A stretch of DNA of 63,992 bases, counting the filler, from Licmophora abbreviata (Eukaryota), in NCBI GenBank assembly GCA_900291995.1. It is 13 parts of 13 records of this genome, joined end to end, with 100 filler letters (N's around TTAATTAATTAA, not from the genome) between each part and the next. Parts side by side here need not be neighbours in the genome. Positions count along the whole stretch, not along the records: positions 10,658 to 14,495 come from OLMU01004401.1; positions 14,596 to 17,012 come from OLMU01004402.1; positions 17,113 to 20,954 come from OLMU01004403.1; positions 21,055 to 22,815 come from OLMU01004405.1; 9 more parts are not named here. One strand, written 5' to 3'. Below, one piece after another: positions 11,266 through 22,263 of the stretch; within the stretch, counting starts at the first letter, position 1; each line of letters opens with the position of its first letter. Under the pieces are notes generated by a model. The model was not told the DNA's origin. It made no database searches and saw only the letters and a program-made list of their open reading frames with translations. The position numbers and the translations under genes are program-made.

Positions 11266-14200
11266 ATGAAAAGTTCACATAAACCTCGTTCTGGGTCCTC
11301 GCCAACATCGGGCAATGCGAAGCCTGCACGATTGAATGGAGAGGAACCCGGGTCGTCTGACTTTACTTTCGTTTCCGAGAACTCCCGGACCGTTCAAACT
11401 AGAAAGGCGCCGCCACTGAGGGACGATAAAAAGGAAACTTGGTCCATACTCAGACTTCTAAAATGCCTCGGAATGCTGACGTATGGAATGGCTCTGGCAC
11501 CGGTAGGAGCGAGCCATTGACCGACAGCAGCGCCGACATGAGTGGTAGCCTTCACAACACCCGATCCAGGGCTTCAAAAACGAGTCCAAGCTCACCGTCA
11601 AGTGAGGGACTTGAAGTGGTACGTTCAAAGCCTCCCCATCAGCATTGTCTGGGTTGTTTCGTAGGCTCTTGCACTGCCGGGTGACCCGCCGATATCCATG
11701 GGCCCACGGCTAACGGTATACCAGCACATCTACGTATACGGTGCCGCGTGCTGAGACCTTTCCTTCATCTCTGCTAATTCTTGCTTATCTGAAAACCCAT
11801 CTTTCTCTTTCCTGACGCAGACAAGCTCACGTCTCTCACAGCAGAGCGTTGGGAGCTGTCCGTCACGAGCTGATCCTCAGCATCAGGCGTCGACAAGTCG
11901 CTCCATCGACATGTGCGCCTGGGTCATGGCAGAGCTTGATACTCATGCATTTGAGCGAGCCAAACTACAAGATTCGAACAAGATAATGGAGTCTTGCGTA
12001 TTTCCAATGCGCTTCCCTTGGAGTCACCAAATCAAAGGCCCTCCGGTCGTAAGAAACCTTCCCCGTGACATCGATGAACTCCAGGCCATTCTGCATGTCG
12101 AGGACGAGCGATACAATCCTTTCGATAATGGCACATTTGGATATGGGGGATTTGAGATAGGGAAGAACCGCAAAAGAGTAACCGGGGCGAGTCCTGAAGA
12201 GCCCGAAGGAGAGGAAATCGAGGCGGCAACTCGCCGGTCAGACGACCCTGGAACGCTTGAGCTGACGGTCATAGCAAAAGAAACACTTGCCTTGCCTTTT
12301 TGCTCGCGGATTGTGCCAACATGGGCCAAGGCACAGAGTCCGGAAAGAGAAATGAGTGGCACCTCTGACCTTGCGTCTGTCCTGACGTCTTCAGACAGGA
12401 TGGGAGGGCGGAAACCCGCAGATCCGTCCATCTCTGATTTGGGTTTTGCCTATCGCGATAGGGAAGGTGGTGGCACCATCGAGAAAAAAGATCTCGCTCT
12501 TCAACATTATCAAGAGTTGAGGGCGTCGACGAAGCGGAAAAGGCAGTTTGCTCGTAGCACCGCGAGGAAGATGCGAGTGTCGGTTCGATTTGGAGCGGTG
12601 AGCAGTCGTTCGTCGTTATTTGCCGAAGACCGAATCCGACGTGAGTCCGCGGAGACTGGCGATTCTTCGGTCCCGCTTCTCATTGGGGCCTCTTTGCCAT
12701 CAGATGTACAGAACGGCTCTATTCGAAAGCCGAAAGAAACTACCCGCGTCGCAAAGCAGTTGGGGTCTTATGATTGCGCGTTCCCGTACGACCGCGATGA
12801 GGGAGAAGATGTCTCGAACAACAAGCCATGTTCTGGCCGGACGCGTCTTATCTGGACCACCCTGGCTTCTCGTGAAGATAGAGATGAGGGCACTGAATTG
12901 TATGGATCTCTCTTGACTGGTCGGTCTATCGAGTTGGAAGCAAAGCAACGACCGAGAGAAGTCAGAGTCGGTATCAGACTGAATGGCCGACTACTATTCC
13001 AACGAAATTCGTCTCCGGTGTTCCCTCTGCCTTCTTCTGTGGACAAAGGGGAAACATATGAGTTCCTGAGTGAAGACATCTTTCCAGACGAGGAGACAGT
13101 TCTTGCTGCGATTGATGGTGCTGGCGGTGCTTTCGCATCTGACGACGTTGGGCCCAACGGTACTTGTCTTTTGGAAACGAGCAAACTTCTCGAAAAAATC
13201 GTGGGGCGGGAACGTTCTGCGTTCAATGTGCCACAGCTAGATCGTTTTGACGGCGTTGGGCTTGGTATGGCCCCACAATTCGATTGTCTCCCCCAAGCGA
13301 TTGGGAAGATCAATGTGGTGTGCTCAAAGCCCGGTCGACTTCGGCCTATGTGGGTATCTGACATTCTCTTCAACGCATCAAGGCGCGGGGCCACCTCGCC
13401 CTCTGATGCGAAGTGTTCCATCTGTTGGAGTGGATCTGAAGAGAGCTCGGTCTTAGAACAGTGCCTGGAGTGTGGGGTGTTTGGGCACCTCTCTTGCTTC
13501 AGGGATAGAGGGGAGCGCGCTCATTTGGGCGAAACTGTGACAGCATGGAAATGTTCAATGTGTAGTTTCGGACGAACAGTCCTTACGGCCGAAAAGAACA
13601 CCGAGAATATAGAACAGTCTTCTAGTGGTCTGAAAGCACGCCGACGATCCCACAAGCTCCCCAGTCGCTTTCAGTCTGAAGATTTTGAAGTATTCGACGA
13701 TAAGAATACGCTGGAGAAAGGCTCAACCTTTTCTCGAGGAAGGTCTCCGACACGTAGTGGGAGTCAACGTGAACCTATTCACGGACGTGGTCCCCGTTGT
13801 GCGCTCTGTCCGCATTTTGGTGGCGCCATGTCACCGTGTTCCCCGAGCGCCGAAGACGGCTGGGTCCACGAAGTGTGCCGCATTTGGTCTGGGTGGAAAT
13901 CGGTCGCGAATGACAAAAGGACAAGCCGCAGTTCGTTGCAGTGCTGTGCCATTTGTGGTCTAGAGGAAAAATGCAACTCGAACAAACGAAGTCTGGTGAA
14001 GTGTGCTGCCGATGGCTGCCTTGTTCGATTTCATCCCATGTGTGCACTCGTTGCAACGAAATTGTCCGAGGAAAGATTTGAGGAGCCAACAGTAGCGCCC
14101 GGAACTCAAAACATGGAACTTCTCAAGCAGCGCGATGAGTACTTGTGCAGACTCTACACATTGGACGTGATACGGTGTACACGAGAAGAGCGCGATTCAG

Positions 14201-14879
14201 AATGCAACGCCATATTGAAGAAGTCGTCCATTCTACCAGTCGCATTCTGTGGACTTCATAATCCCAAACGAGATCGTACATTCTATGGATGTTATCCCAG
14301 TGGGTCGTTGATATCTCAAGCGATGCATGTCCCAGCCAAACTACATTTGCCGGTACATGCCGCTGTAGACCCCCGTAATCGCAGAGGACTCACCAAAGAG
14401 CGCTGGACAAAAGAGGAGGACTCTATAGTCGTCGAATTTATCGAGAAGTTCGGTACCGATTTTGGTGCCATCTCACGGCAACTATCAAACCGTACNNNNN
14501 NNNNNNNNNNNNNNNNNNNNNNNNNNNNNNNNNNNNNNNTTAATTAATTAANNNNNNNNNNNNNNNNNNNNNNNNNNNNNNNNNNNNNNNNNNNNTACGC
14601 AAGGGACCCTGGGACGAGAACGAAGACAGAACTCTTTTGGAGAGTCACTCGAGCATGGGCAATCGCTGGGCAGAAATATCAAAGAAACTACCCGGCAGAA
14701 CCGATGGACTTGTTAAGAATCGATGGAACAGCTGTTTGAAGCGACGAGTTGTGAAGTATCTGGCTGACAAGCAAGGCCTCGACAAGCGTGAAATTCGGTG
14801 TGACGGAGATGGCCGGTTCGACTTGATGGGTGACATTGACGGCGTCCTCCGCGCCGTGCGAATAGGTGAGAGCGATTAG
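11266..14879 (+). CDS. PHD/extended-PHD zinc-finger chromatin protein with C-terminal R2R3-type Myb repeats (spans a gap; 5' exons uncertain)
   Basis: ORF 11911.. has a PHD (CSIC..CLEC..HLSC..WKCSMC) and a zf-HC5HC2H-like module (CALC..WVHEVC..CAIC..KCAADGC..FHPMCA..FCGLH). Myb repeat RWTKEEDSIV follows. After the spacer, RKGPWDENED..GNRWAEISKKLPGRTDGLVKNRWNS is a second Myb repeat. Confidence 0.8.
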
Positions 14880-15369
14880 CCCGCGAGACAGATCAAGTTT
14901 TGATGCGTGAGAGGAAGATTGTGGATGCTAGCCTAACCTACAAAGTAGATGAGTCAAACGCCCATGTAGACAACGAATGGAATTCCGGAATACTCAGTAT
15001 CGGCGAGCAATGCAAAAGGCCATCATCTCAATACACGGGGGCGGAGGACCGAAAGACACCCATGGTATCCGTCATGATCAAGTACAGAAGCAGATCGAGG
15101 CGTACGCTGAACCATACCAGGGAGGACGTGGAATATCCAGGTCGGGACTTGAATCCGGAGCTGATGGATGTCTTTCACTGCTCCTTGCCAGGAGGTGCGA
15201 CTCCCGTTGGCTACAATAATCAGAACGGAAATTGAATAGTCAACCCAAGGCTTCAAACCCTACTAGATTCACACTCTATGTTACATAACCCCAAAAGCCC
15301 ACTGCGGCAAATCCAACTTCAAACCGCCTCTCCGTATAAACAAAAAAAACATGAGGCGCATTTGCCACC

Positions 15370-16825
15370 TCAGATAGTCATCTCGAGACCTGATTCATCG
15401 CCCCCAGAGCTTGTAGGACTCTTGTCCCCATGCGCCTCTGCGCCGACAAGAGGGTCAAGCGATACCATACTCGGATACGACGTCTGAAGACCAAGGGACT
15501 CGACCGATGACGCAGAATGGCAGTCGGCACCGTCCTCCATTGCCTCGAATTTCTCGTTCAGTGTACACCACCGAGCGGATTCAACTTTGTCCAAAGACGG
15601 GGCGAATCGACACTGTAGAATGGCATCGACAAGAATGATTCGAAGTTTACGACATTCATCTCGCAACACAATCTGAACCGTGGTGAAGCCGAGATTGGCC
15701 TGGTTAAGAGCAACTCTATCGCACGGGTCCTTGATCTCACAAGAAATACGGCCGATTGCCCGAGTGCCATGAGCTTCAATAGCCTTAGAGAGAACTTTCT
15801 GGCAAAAGCGGTCCATCGCTTCCACACCACCAATCTGGCCCTGCGGAGTATCATGACTGTGTGAGCAAAATGACAAAGAGCAGGACTATCCAGACCAATG
15901 GGGAATGCGAGTAGCTTACCTCTCCTTTTGGAGCAAGAAATTGATGCCCCTCGACATGAAAGACGAAAGCTTTGGTAGACGCCAAGACATCGCACAAAGG
16001 AGTGACGTTACGAGCTAGAGCGGGGCCCTCAGAGAAGGTGACCGTCTTGTCACCAGCGCGATTGCCTGAATCTCTCGGGTTAAGACATTCGTTCCTTCTG
16101 AAGAGCATCGAGCTCATGGTGGAGAGAAGTTGCAACACGCTGTTATGGCGCTGTACATCGAGTTCTTCCCTCTCCAGGAAATTCTTGTACTGTTTCTCGT
16201 TGTCCAATAACTCTTGGTAGCGGGCTTTCTTTCTAATTCGTGTACTCTTGGCGTGCTCTCGATTGCGTGTACGCGTTAGCTCTTGCCTTTCATCAGCACT
16301 GAGGTTGTCCCGCTTTCGCCCACGCTGCGGCTTGGAGCGCAGTGCCGCCTGGATTTCGCCCGTGCGAATGTTGGGCTTATTGTCTTCTCTACTATCGTTG
16401 CCTGGCTTGAAAAAGGCTTGGTTCTGGGACTGCGCAGGGTATCCCATGGAAAGAATGGCGGGCGACACGGGCATCGCAGGCACGCTATGCGAGAGTGCCG
16501 CCGGCTCTAAGGGAAGGAATGCCGGCGATTGAGGATAGAACCTTGCCTTCGCCGCCAAGTGAGGTGAGAAAGACACTTGGCGAGAGCCTGGTAGGGCGTG
16601 GACCGAGCGCTGGAGAGCCTGTCTAGGACGGACTGGCGCAAGGGGGGCAGAAGAAACCACCGCAGCCTTATTCTTCGCTGGTGTCCGACGCATTTCGTTC
16701 CGAGGAGATGGTTTCGTGCCTTCTCCGTCGACGAGACTATCCGATCGAATCCTGAGAAGGGCTTGCATGGCTAGCAGGGAGTCGCTATCAGTATTTCCCT
16801 TAGGGGCTTTGCCGTTGTTGCTCAT
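15370..16825 (-). CDS. bZIP transcription factor; intron 15919-15841
   Basis: Basic region RQELTRTRNREHAKSTRIRKKARYQEL, a typical stramenopile bZIP (N-x7-R). A GTAAG...CAG intron joins ORFs 15851..16825 and 15370..15876 in frame. Confidence 0.85.
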
Positions 16826-18015
16826 GATAGACTAGTCTAGCCCTTCGATCGTCTAACCGAGGGTACCGGTACGAGCTAAACTTTGAGAAAAAAGAAAAGA
16901 ACGTTTTGTGAGACACATTGAGTCGAGTGAGTCAGTCCAGTGAAATGACTTTCCCGCCATTTTTGTTGAAGTATGCATATCCACATGACTGAAGAAACCA
17001 GATTGATCGAAANNNNNNNNNNNNNNNNNNNNNNNNNNNNNNNNNNNNNNNNNNNNTTAATTAATTAANNNNNNNNNNNNNNNNNNNNNNNNNNNNNNNN
17101 NNNNNNNNNNNNTCGAAAGAACAGTGCATCATCAAACTTTTGTTCGCGTTCCTTCATCGTCCGGTTCCAATGACAAGACAGTTCTTGACTATTTCTAGCC
17201 TTCGAAGCCTCTTGAGACGACTCACACCACCAGACAGGTGCTGATCCAGCACCATTAAGTGACTGTTACCGAGTGAGTCAGAATCTGGCCCTGGACTCTC
17301 GTTTCTTTCTGCAGCAAGAACATCTTGTTCGGGAGGGCAAGCAAGCGCCATGGTTCGACGATGGTTTCGGATTTCTGGCTCTAGGTTGCCGTATCGTTGT
17401 CCCCAGAGTACACGAGAATACCATAGAGCTCGCTGAAAGAGGCTGAACCGATAGAAGCAACATTTTGTGGAAGCATCTGACTGGTCAGCGGAGCTTTGGT
17501 CGCTCTTCGTTCTACAAGTCATTAACTTTGGTGAACCTCAAGCGAACACGATGATAAAGGAAGAAAGCGGCAGGGAAGTCTGCTTGTAGCCAGGGACTCT
17601 CGCCCCCTGTTCATATGAAGCATCCTTGCGTTACGTACCTGTGCGCGGCTAAATTACGCGGTCGAATTGCACGATGATGCGTAACCACGGTTCGGAAGGA
17701 CTGCGAAATTCAAAATGACCCTTTCGCTCGAGCTGCGCTTACAAAGAGTTTCTCAACCGGATCGTTTCTGAATATGATATTCGGATTATTCCCACTGAAG
17801 AAAGAAGTCGTCGGGGGCGTCGAGAGCGCAGGAGGGCGTTCTGTTGCTGTCCTTCGCGTCGATTGCGAAGCAGCTGCTGGATTGTCTCAAAGGCGAAAAG
17901 AAAATGACAAGATGCCGCGACTGCTTGTGCGGGTTTGTCCGCTGGCAGATTTGCGGATTTGGTTCTAGCCAACCAGACGTTACGGTTCATCCTGTCCATA
18001 AGTGACAGATCTGAA

Positions 18016-18025
18016 GTGACGTCAC
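18016..18025. promoter_or_regulatory. Perfect CRE-type palindrome GTGACGTCAC
   Basis: 10-bp palindrome about 215 nt upstream of the ATG at 18240. A second GACGTCA lies about 25 nt downstream. Function is inferred. Confidence 0.35.
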
Positions 18026-18239
18026 CTCTGCATAAAATGGGCGACGTCATGGACATTTCGAAAGACGGCTGTACATAACAAATGGTCGAAGGAGTCGAGA
18101 ATAATCGAGAAAGAGGGATGATGTGTTTTGATGATGCGTGGATGGCGGGAAACGTTGTGTCTGAGGTGAACTTTCATGAGACAGCCTGACCCACCATTTT
18201 CAATTTGTTCACATCTGCATCCATTGACAGGAGCCGGAG

Positions 18240-19568
18240 ATGGTCTTAGCGAACAGTGAACATCGAACGATGTCTAAGGCTGTTCCTTTGTCCAGGGAAG
18301 ATGCCAAGGTCTGCCAGAGTCTCCTGTCCGAAGCAGAAATGTTCGAAAAAGTGCCCTCACATCTTCAGAAAACGCTAATCAAGCAGATGAAGCTGCGAGA
18401 GATGAACAAGAACGAGAAACTCATACGACAGGGAGAGCCTACTGACCGCTTTTTCCTGCTCGAGTCAGGGGAGATCAGCCGGACCAATATCAACCCTGAG
18501 ACTGGAAAGGCTCGAACGGTAGAATTTGCAATCAAGGCCAAGTCCATCAACTCCATGCGAGTCCTCTCGGGCGACCCCGCGTTCACCACGGTGAGGTGCC
18601 ACTCGGAGAAATGTCGTGTTTTCGAAATGCTGAGATCCGACTTTATGAAGACACTTCACCATCAACCCGAAATCACCTTGGCTATCGCGGAAGGCTTGTG
18701 TGAACAACTCAGAAAAGGCTCCAAGAAGTTCGCTACTCCCTTGTTGGAACAGCAGCAACAAGATGTAAATGTCCCGGCCGTTTCGATCGCAGCGGGGATC
18801 GAGTCATACTACCGATCTGCGTTGAATGCCATGCTAAATACCAGGCTGACGGGTGTAAAGGCCGAACTTTTCCCGAATATGCATGTACAAGTCCCTGTCC
18901 GTATCGCTTATATCACAGGGTTCAAGGGGCTTCGAACCCTTTTTGACCACAAAGTCGATCCAGAGACGTACTGGTACCCAAACGCGGTTCGACTGGCGGC
19001 TGCAGTTAGTCCTGGAATCATCATGGCTCCGATTAGTTCAGTGCTCGAGGCGTCCAATGCAGGTCACATGAATCAGGAGTCCATGGCCACTCGGTGGATG
19101 CGGGGGATCGTCCCTCGAGCGGGCCGTGAAATCATATTTGGCGTGGGCCTCAACCAGCTCAGTGACTATTTTGAAGAACGACTGCAGCCCATGTTTCCGG
19201 GGCATCGGCTGATGGCCAATGCTGCTGGAAGCATCGCGGCGGGTGTCATCTCGGGCTACTTTTCCCATGTGCCTCACAACATTTCCACGTTTAAGCTCCT
19301 CGAGCCAAATGTTTCCTATCGCAACTTGTATCAGAAATTCGTTGATAAGAGTGTACCTCCCGTTGTCGACAAGATGGTGAGTTCATGGCCGTCATCCACA
19401 CGAGGATTTACAAGGACGCTCTTCGCGACATTGTTCCCGCGAGGCGTCATGATCAGAACGACCCAGATCGTTGGTTCTTTCATGATTCTGAATGGGACAA
19501 TAGCGCAACTCCAACTGAGAGAGCAGTCTAAGATTCTGCAAGCGGTTGGTGGATACGTAGGTGTTTAA
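18240..19568 (+). CDS. Cyclic-nucleotide-binding domain fused to a degenerate mitochondrial-carrier-like membrane domain
   Basis: N-terminal cNMP fold: LIRQGEPTDRFFLLESGEI..PAFTTVRC..VFEMLRSDFMKTL. The C-terminus has carrier-like segments GIIMAPISSVLE, WMRGIVPRAGREIIFG, AGSIAAGVISGYFSHVPHNISTFK and FPRGVMIRTTQI. Confidence 0.7.
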   Translation: MVLANSEHRTMSKAVPLSREDAKVCQSLLSEAEMFEKVPSHLQKTLIKQMKLREMNKNEKLIRQGEPTDRFFLLESGEISRTNINPETGKARTVEFAIKAKSINSMRVLSGDPAFTTVRCHSEKCRVFEMLRSDFMKTLHHQPEITLAIAEGLCEQLRKGSKKFATPLLEQQQQDVNVPAVSIAAGIESYYRSALNAMLNTRLTGVKAELFPNMHVQVPVRIAYITGFKGLRTLFDHKVDPETYWYPNAVRLAAAVSPGIIMAPISSVLEASNAGHMNQESMATRWMRGIVPRAGREIIFGVGLNQLSDYFEERLQPMFPGHRLMANAAGSIAAGVISGYFSHVPHNISTFKLLEPNVSYRNLYQKFVDKSVPPVVDKMVSSWPSSTRGFTRTLFATLFPRGVMIRTTQIVGSFMILNGTIAQLQLREQSKILQAVGGYVGV

Positions 19569-19717
19569 TGTCCTCGTTCGCGTTGGAGTCTTGTTTTTCT
19601 GTTGTGCTATCGATACATGGTACCTGGTACCACTATCTGTCTTTCCCGTAGGGTTCGTGTGGTTTACATTAAGTAAATTCATGTTGTTTTAAGTGAGTCT
19701 AACATGAGGCATGAAAG

Positions 19718-20716
19718 CTAGACAAAGACACTCCACCCGAGTTTTCCATCGCGTAGCAACTCCTTCCTTGCTTCAATCCACCATGCTGGATGAGGCGGGA
19801 GGTGTGGAATCGTATCTTCGGCCCCCCTCAGTGCAGGATGTGATCGAATGACGGTGTACCTGCCAAGAGTCGAGAGTTGATCGACATTCGACATGCCCAG
19901 TCGGAGAGCTGGTTCTACATCCAAGAGTCCATGAACTAGACTATTCCACTCGTCTGATGGCACTCTTGGAATGTCAAAGGAATGGTTCATGTAGGACTGA
20001 ATGCGCTCGGTGGCGAGCAAATCACTATTAGCATGAAACGGTGAACAGCCCTCCGCTATTAGGGCATAGCACATGCATCCCAACGACCACAAGTCCACGG
20101 CAAACGTGGGGTGACTTTCACCCAGCAGAGTTTCAGGACTAGCAAAGTCGGTGGTTCCGAGCAGCATGGTGAGCTGTCTACTATCAATCGCCTTGCCGTC
20201 CTTGTCCAGTTCTACCGCGGAAGCAAAGTCCGTTAAATGCAGAATCCCCGTTTCAGTAACCAAGACGTTGTCGGGCTTGAGATCACAATGAATGACTCTT
20301 TGAGCATGAATGAACTCGAGTGCCTCGACAAGCTGCAGCATGTAGTGAGGAACAACCGTAGAGTTCCATACGATTCTATTGTAGTGATGTTCTCGCTTGG
20401 CCATGACGTGGGCTAGCGTGCCGCGCGTCGCACACTCCATGACAAAGTACAAGAACTCCTTGTCATGAAACGATGCCAACAGTGCAATCACATGACAATT
20501 CGTACTCCACAGTGACTGAGAGAGCATCCGCTGCTCGTTCAGTAGCCCGCGAAGAACTCTCGGGTGTTTCTGGAGCCGAACTTTGCTCACGACCTTGATG
20601 GCAACCGGGCGACGCGTGGCCTTGTGACGCCCGAAGAAGATCTTGGCAAAGGCTCCCTCTCCTATCAGGCTTCCGACTCCATAGTCTTCTATACAGGGTT
20701 CGCCCGACGATGACAT
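19718..20716 (-). CDS. AGC-group Ser/Thr protein kinase, PDK1-like
   Basis: Contains GEGAFAKI, VAIKVV, LYFVMEC, HCDLKPDN, DFA(S), GTTDFASPE and DLWSLGC. Confidence 0.88.
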   Translation of the reverse strand: MSSSGEPCIEDYGVGSLIGEGAFAKIFFGRHKATRRPVAIKVVSKVRLQKHPRVLRGLLNEQRMLSQSLWSTNCHVIALLASFHDKEFLYFVMECATRGTLAHVMAKREHHYNRIVWNSTVVPHYMLQLVEALEFIHAQRVIHCDLKPDNVLVTETGILHLTDFASAVELDKDGKAIDSRQLTMLLGTTDFASPETLLGESHPTFAVDLWSLGCMCYALIAEGCSPFHANSDLLATERIQSYMNHSFDIPRVPSDEWNSLVHGLLDVEPALRLGMSNVDQLSTLGRYTVIRSHPALRGAEDTIPHLPPHPAWWIEARKELLRDGKLGWSVFV

Positions 20717-21109
20717 ACTCTAGAGAGCGCGCTGCACCTTTCCTCCACTCCACCGCAATCGCATGGCTTGTCGCTCATGGCATGCCGCTCGTCGCTCGTC
20801 GCAAACGTTCGAAACTCGAGACTTCCTCATTGTAGGTGTATTGGTTTTCCGACGGCGGGAGCTCGCGTTCGTTTGGAAGCTCCAAAACTAACAGAGGCCA
20901 AGGAGGAGTCCATTCCTTCCAGGCACCATCTGCCTAGTAAGCCGTTGTTTAGGGNNNNNNNNNNNNNNNNNNNNNNNNNNNNNNNNNNNNNNNNNNNNTT
21001 AATTAATTAANNNNNNNNNNNNNNNNNNNNNNNNNNNNNNNNNNNNNNNNNNNNGGCGACCCGAAGGCAGGAACAAACCTATCTCAGTGTTCTTGCTTGA
21101 TCCATCACA

Positions 21110-22223
21110 ATGAGGACGCTTTACACTTTTCTACTGCTGGGGGCAGCGCCCAGAACGTTGGCGGCCTTCGTTCTGGCTCCTTCTTGTGTCCCACACCGCA
21201 CTAGCAGCATTTCGAAACAGCAGCACACGCGTGAGTCTCGCCTTTTCGCCACTAGCACCTCCGCCAACCCCAAGGCGGGCCAGATTGTCACTGTCGACTG
21301 TGCTCTTACTCCCGAGGGAGACTTTGTTCCAGAACCACTCTTCGACACCCACGGGACTCTCACATTCGTGCTCGATAAGGGGAACTACTTGCCTGGACTG
21401 CACGATCTCATCGCTACAATGACAGTCGGTGAAAAAGTTGAGAATGTATCATTAGATGCTGGTTGGGGGGCCCGCAACGAAGATCTTGTGGCGGAGGTCG
21501 CCTTGAAAGACCTTGAACAGTCTCTGGACATTTCGCAGCTTCAAGTTGGAGTTCAGTTGCAGATGGCCAACGGTATGACGTGTGTCGTAACCGAACGGAA
21601 CGACATGACCATCACGATTGATGCCAATCCAAAACTGGCTGGGGCGGGCTACTCGGCCACTGTGGAGCTACTGAATGTCGAAGATGGCCCTGACCAGTGG
21701 GAGTATACGGATGCGGGCCCGGACGAAACTGGCAGGTATCAAGTCGCCACGGTCGCACTCGGTTGCTTCTGGGGTGGAGAACTGGAAATGGCAAGGCAGC
21801 CTGGTGTGGTCGGGACGCAGGTCGGGTATACGCAAGGCACAGTCGACAATCCTACATATGAACAAGTCTGCTCTGGAGGCACTGGTCATACAGAAGCCAT
21901 TCAAGTGGTATTCGATCCGTCAATTGTTTCATATGAGACACTAGTTCACCTGGCGATGGACCGTCTTGCCGAGAGTAAGTATCTCAAGAATCAAGTTGGA
22001 AATGACAAAGGGCACTCAATATCGGCACGGCGTCTACTATCACAATCCGCAGCAATTGAAGGTGGCTCAGGCCATTCTTGCATCTTTTGGGGAGGATTGT
22101 GTCACTGAGCTTCTGCCCGCAACGAAATTTTGGTCTGCCGAGAAGTACCACCAGCTGTATCTCCTAAAAGGAGGGCAGAGTGCCCGGAAAGGAGATGACG
22201 CAGCAATTCGTTGTTATGGTTAG
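21110..22223 (+). CDS. msrA: Plastid-targeted SlyD/FKBP-type PPIase - methionine sulfoxide reductase A fusion; frameshift near 22011
   Basis: Signal peptide ending TLAA-FVLAP. FKBP/SlyD part: LTFVLDKGNYLPGL..AGWG..TIDANPKLAG. MsrA part: GCFWGGE, GYTQG, PTYEQVCSGGTGHTEA, NQVGNDKGTQYR, AEKYHQLYL, IRCYG. One extra G splits the frame. Confidence 0.88.
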
Positions 22224-22263
22224 CAAAAGTAGACGTCATTGCTTGCTTACTGCTTGCAATATG

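Noticed and set aside
17154..17522. Short minus-strand ORF next to a gap
   Set aside because: No motif or splice support. It could be a 5' gene fragment but cannot be supported.
20215..20235. DFA instead of DFG in the kinase, suggesting a pseudokinase
   Set aside because: The catalytic Lys, the HxD..N loop and the Mg-binding Asp are intact, and DFA is a tolerated variant.
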